Source: Rebecca billardiae RCC1528 | Lineage: Eukaryota; Protista; Haptophyta | Assembly (NCBI GenBank): GCA_965240325.2 | Contig: OZ251251.1 | Coordinates: 248,001-312,000 of the forward strand | Reading direction: 5' to 3' | Length of the DNA: 64,000 nt | Shown here: positions 60,801 to 64,000 of the stretch, piece after piece | How positions within the stretch are numbered: position 1 is the first letter of the stretch | Layout: each line of letters begins with the position of its first letter | Notes under the pieces: generated by a model | The model's database searches: none | Told to the model about the DNA's origin: nothing | Seen by the model: only the letters and a program-made list of their open reading frames with translations | Made by a program: the position numbers and the translations under genes

Positions 60801-63800
60801 TGCGCGTGTGCGCGTGTGCGTGCGTGTGAGCGTGTGCGTGCGTGTGTGTGTGTGCGTGTGTGTGCGTGTGTGTGCGTGTGTGCGTGTGCCGCCGCGCGCC
60901 GCCCTCCGACGGCCCCGCCCGCCCGCGCGCCGCCGCCCCGCCTGCCCACCGCGGCGCCGGCGCGCGCCGCGTCCCGCACGCAGATCAAATTTGCCGAGCG
61001 CGGCGGCACAGTGACGGTGCGCGCGGTGCTGGCGGGGTCGGAGCCGATGGCGCCGCCCGGCACCGCGCACCAGTCGTCGAGCGCCACCGACCCTGGAGGC
61101 GGCGGCGGCGGCGGCGGCGCGGGCGGGGCCGTGGGCGTGCCCGCGGCGGCGGCCACCGCCTCCTCGTCCGCGGCGGCGGCGGCGGCGGCGGGCCGCGGCG
61201 GCGGCGCGCGGCGCGCGGGCGGCACGCCGCCGCCGCCGCCGCTCGGCCGCGTCGCCTCCGAGCCCGGCGCGCGCGGCGAGGACGCGGGCGATCTGCTGAC
61301 CCTCGTGCGCGTCTCCGTCTCCGACGACGGCATCGGCCTCTCCGCCGAGGAGCTGCGCATGCTCTCGCAGGGGCTGTTGTTCCAGCAAGTGGGCAAAGGC
61401 CAGCTGCAGGGCAACGGGGGCACCGGACTCGGGCTTAGCATCACACGGCAGCTGCTTGCGCTGCACAACGGCTCGACGCTCGAGCTGGAGAGCGCGGGGC
61501 ACATGCGCGGCACGACGAGCACGCTGTGCGCGCCGCGTGCCGCGCGCCGCACCGCGCCGCGCTACGCCGGGCCGTGCGGTGCGCTCACGCGCCGCCCGCC
61601 GCGCGCGCGCCGCCTCCTCTCCGCGCGCCCCGCGCCGCTGTTGCGCGCGCAGCTGCCTCCGCCTGCCGCAGGACGCCGCGGCCTCGTCCCCCCGCGCCGA
61701 GCGGTGCGGCTCGGAGCAGCAGCTGTGCGTGTCGGCCGTGGGCTCGGGCACGCCGCTCTCCTCAGCGCCTTCGACCAACCCCGGCACGCCGGGCGGCGGC
61801 GGCGGCGGCGGGCGGTTCGGTCGAACGGACAGCGGCGGCGGCGGCAGCACCAGCAGCAGCTCCCCTATGCCTCGCAAGTTCACCACGGGCGCGACGGGCA
61901 AGGGCGGCTCCATGTCCGGCGGCTGGGGCGCGCGCGCCGACGCCGTCGACCTCGCGAGCATGGCCCAGATTAGCGGCGGTGGCCGGACGCGCGCGCAGCA
62001 CCCGTCGGCGCGCAACCGCGCGCACACGATGCACCAGGCTGCGCTCGAGAGGTGCGTAGCACTGCGCACACACGCACGCGCACGCACACTCACTCACACA
62101 CACACGCGTACACACACACACGCGCACACACGCACACACACGCCGCGCGTGCGTGCCGCGAGCCCTCGCCGAGCTCGCGGCCTGCGACCGCCGAGTCGCG
62201 CGCGCCCGCCGCCGCGCCGCGCGCCGCCGTGCGACTGCGCGCGCTCTGAGCCGGGGCCCCGCGCCGCCGCCGCCGCGCCGCGCCCGCGCGCGCGCAGCCA
62301 GCTGCCCAACTGCGGGGCCGGGAGCCCGCTCGCGCGCGCGCACTCGTATGCGCAGCGCGCGTGCGGCGCGCGGCCGCCGGGCGCGCGGCAGTTGGCGCCG
62401 CTGCCGCTCGACTCCACCGCGGAGGGCGACGGCTCGCCTGAGCAGCGCACAGGCCCGGGGCCGCAGCTGCCGGGCGCGCCGCCGCTTGCAGAGGAGGTTG
62501 CCAACGCCCTCGCCTCGGCCGAGGCCAATGGCGCCGTCGCCCGCCGGAGCGGCGGCAGTAGCGCGCCCGACGCCGCCGCCGCCGCCGCCGACGCCGACGA
62601 CGGCGGCGCCACGCTCGTCGAGCCGTTCACCGAGCTGCAGCAGCCTGGCGCGCGCTCGCCCGGCGCGCCCTCGGCGCCGCCGGCGCCGACCGCGCTGCCG
62701 CCGGCCGCGGGCCCGCGGCCGCACGGCCCGCTGCGCTGCCTCTACGTCGAGGACGACCAGGTGCGGGCTAGGGGTCAGGGCTAGGGTTAGGGTTCGTAGG
62801 CTAGGGGTAGGCGTGGGGGGTAGGGTGCGGGGCGAGCCGCGCGCGCGCGCGCAGGGCGTGCGCGGCGGGGCGCGAGCGCACGCGGCGCGCGCCTGACTCG
62901 CTCCGCGCACGCCCCCGCGCGCCGCGCCGCCGCCCCTTTGTGGCTCGCCCGCCGTCCCCGCCGCGGCGTTGTGCCGCCATCTCCCGTTCGTTGATTGCAT
63001 GTGCCGCCGCAGTTCCTGCAGCTGACCGTGCCCACGCGCATCTTCGATGCGGTGGGCGTGACGGAGTGGGCGTCTGCGGCGGACGGCGAGGCGGCGGTGG
63101 AGGCACTCTACGGGCCGGGCGGGACGCAGTACGACGTGATCGTGATGGACAAGTGCGCGCCGCCGCCGCACCCGCCGCCGTTCGCGTGTGCGGCCGCCGC
63201 CGCGTGTGCGCGTGGCGGGCGCGCCGCGCCGCGCGCCCGCGCCCCCGCCCGGCCGCTAAACCGCGCGCGCCTGGCCCGCCCTGCCGCGCGCGCCCCCCCC
63301 GCCCCTCTGCCGCGCAGCCAAATGCCGCGCATGAACGGCACGGAGGCGACGCGCGAGCTGCGCCGCCGCGGCTTTGGCGGGCTCGTCGTCGGCATGACGG
63401 GTGCGCGGCGCCCCGCGCGCCGGAGAGCCCCCGCCCCGCCCCGCGCCCGGCCGGCCGTCCGCGTCGCGCAGCGCGCGCACGTGTGCCCTTCCTTTTATTA
63501 TTAGTATTTGCACTACGATGTATGTTTGATTTGTTCTTTGGCTGATGATTCGCTGCGCTCCGTGGGTTGTGTGCTCGCGGTCGCCGTGCGCACGCGCGCC
63601 GCCCCCGCGCCGGCCGCAGGCGACCCCGCGGGCTGCGTCGAGCGCGACGACTTTGAGGGCTCCGGGCTGGACCTGTGCGTGGACAAAGATACCACCGGTA
63701 TCAACACGGTCGCGCAGCTCATCGAGGCCGAGGTGGCGAAGCGGGCGGGCGCCGCCGCTGGCGGCGGCGGTGGCGGCGAGGGTGGCGAGGCAGCGGGCGC

Positions 63801-63888
63801 CGAGCCCGGCCGCTCCACGCTCGCGCACGCCGCGCTGCACGCGGTGCGCAGCCAGGCGGAGCTGCTGCCAGTGCTGCCCGAGCAGTAG
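57859..63888 (+). CDS. Membrane-bound hybrid sensor histidine kinase (TM-HisKA-HATPase_c-receiver), about 12 exons
   Basis: Approximate exons 57859-58275, 58459-58857, 59069-59464, 59665-59830, 60110-60220, 60633-60739, 60984-61525, 61653-62051, 62298-62760, 63013-63152, 63318-63400, 63620-63888. H-box [10 protein letters not shown]-box [21 protein letters not shown]1 VSDDGIG, G2 GGTGLGLSI, receiver LYVEDD...[18 protein letters not shown]...VVGMTG...VDK. Confidence 0.95.
60215..60445 (+). repeat. 70-bp tandem repeat (about 3.3 units) that starts with the exon-end/donor and ends in telomeric CCTAACCCTAA
   Basis: ccaagg|gtgc.cgctggctg... at 60215, 60285, 60355 and 60425. Confidence 0.95.
60740..60888. 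repeat. (GT)n/(GTGC)n microsatellite starting at an intron donor of the histidine kinase gene
   Basis: Directly visible. Confidence 0.95.
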
Positions 63889-64000
63889 CGCGGCCGCGGC
63901 GGGCACAGCGCGCCGCGGTCAAGATGCCGGCAGCAACGCTGTCAGCCGTCCATGCCGCGGCGGGCCGCCGCACGCGGTCCACGCCGGACCCACACTGGGG

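Noticed and set aside
42946-63888. Functional ion-homeostasis cluster (V-ATPase a, SLC12, sensor kinase)
   Set aside because: Adjacency alone in a eukaryotic genome is weak evidence, and no shared regulatory motif was seen

Overview
Very GC-rich, intron-containing eukaryotic DNA (GT/GC-AG introns, TTAGGG-type telomeric motifs). The composition would fit a haptophyte-like alga, but that is inference. Most long six-frame ORFs are GC-driven artefacts; the real genes are spliced. Genes supported by protein motifs, left to right: UBE2O-type E2/E3 ubiquitin-conjugating enzyme (+), GEX1/Brambleberry/Kar5 nuclear-fusion protein (-), Asp/Asn beta-hydroxylase-domain dioxygenase (+), CS-domain protein (-), a degenerate membrane hybrid histidine kinase with split or permuted receiver motifs (+), an extensin-like Pro-rich membrane protein (+), a PX-coiled-coil-PH protein (-), two RING+F-box+RCC1 paralogues plus a decayed third copy (-), a small XPA-C-like ORF (+), V-ATPase V0 subunit a (-), an SLC12 cation-chloride cotransporter (-) and a canonical hybrid histidine kinase (+). 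An accessory block at about 26-41 kb holds a 2.0-kb element with 50-bp terminal inverted repeats (TIRs) nested inside a segment bounded by 13-bp direct repeats, an orphan ORF, and a near-perfect 2.28-kb foldback element with a 9-bp target-site duplication (TSD). The most unusual signal is intronic: exon-end plus 5' splice-site sequence has been copied into tandem arrays (about 39 copies in the SLC12 gene, smaller cases in two other genes), interleaved with (CA)n or telomeric repeats. Decayed DNA is also peppered with short insertions. All gene models were built by eye and are unconfirmed.
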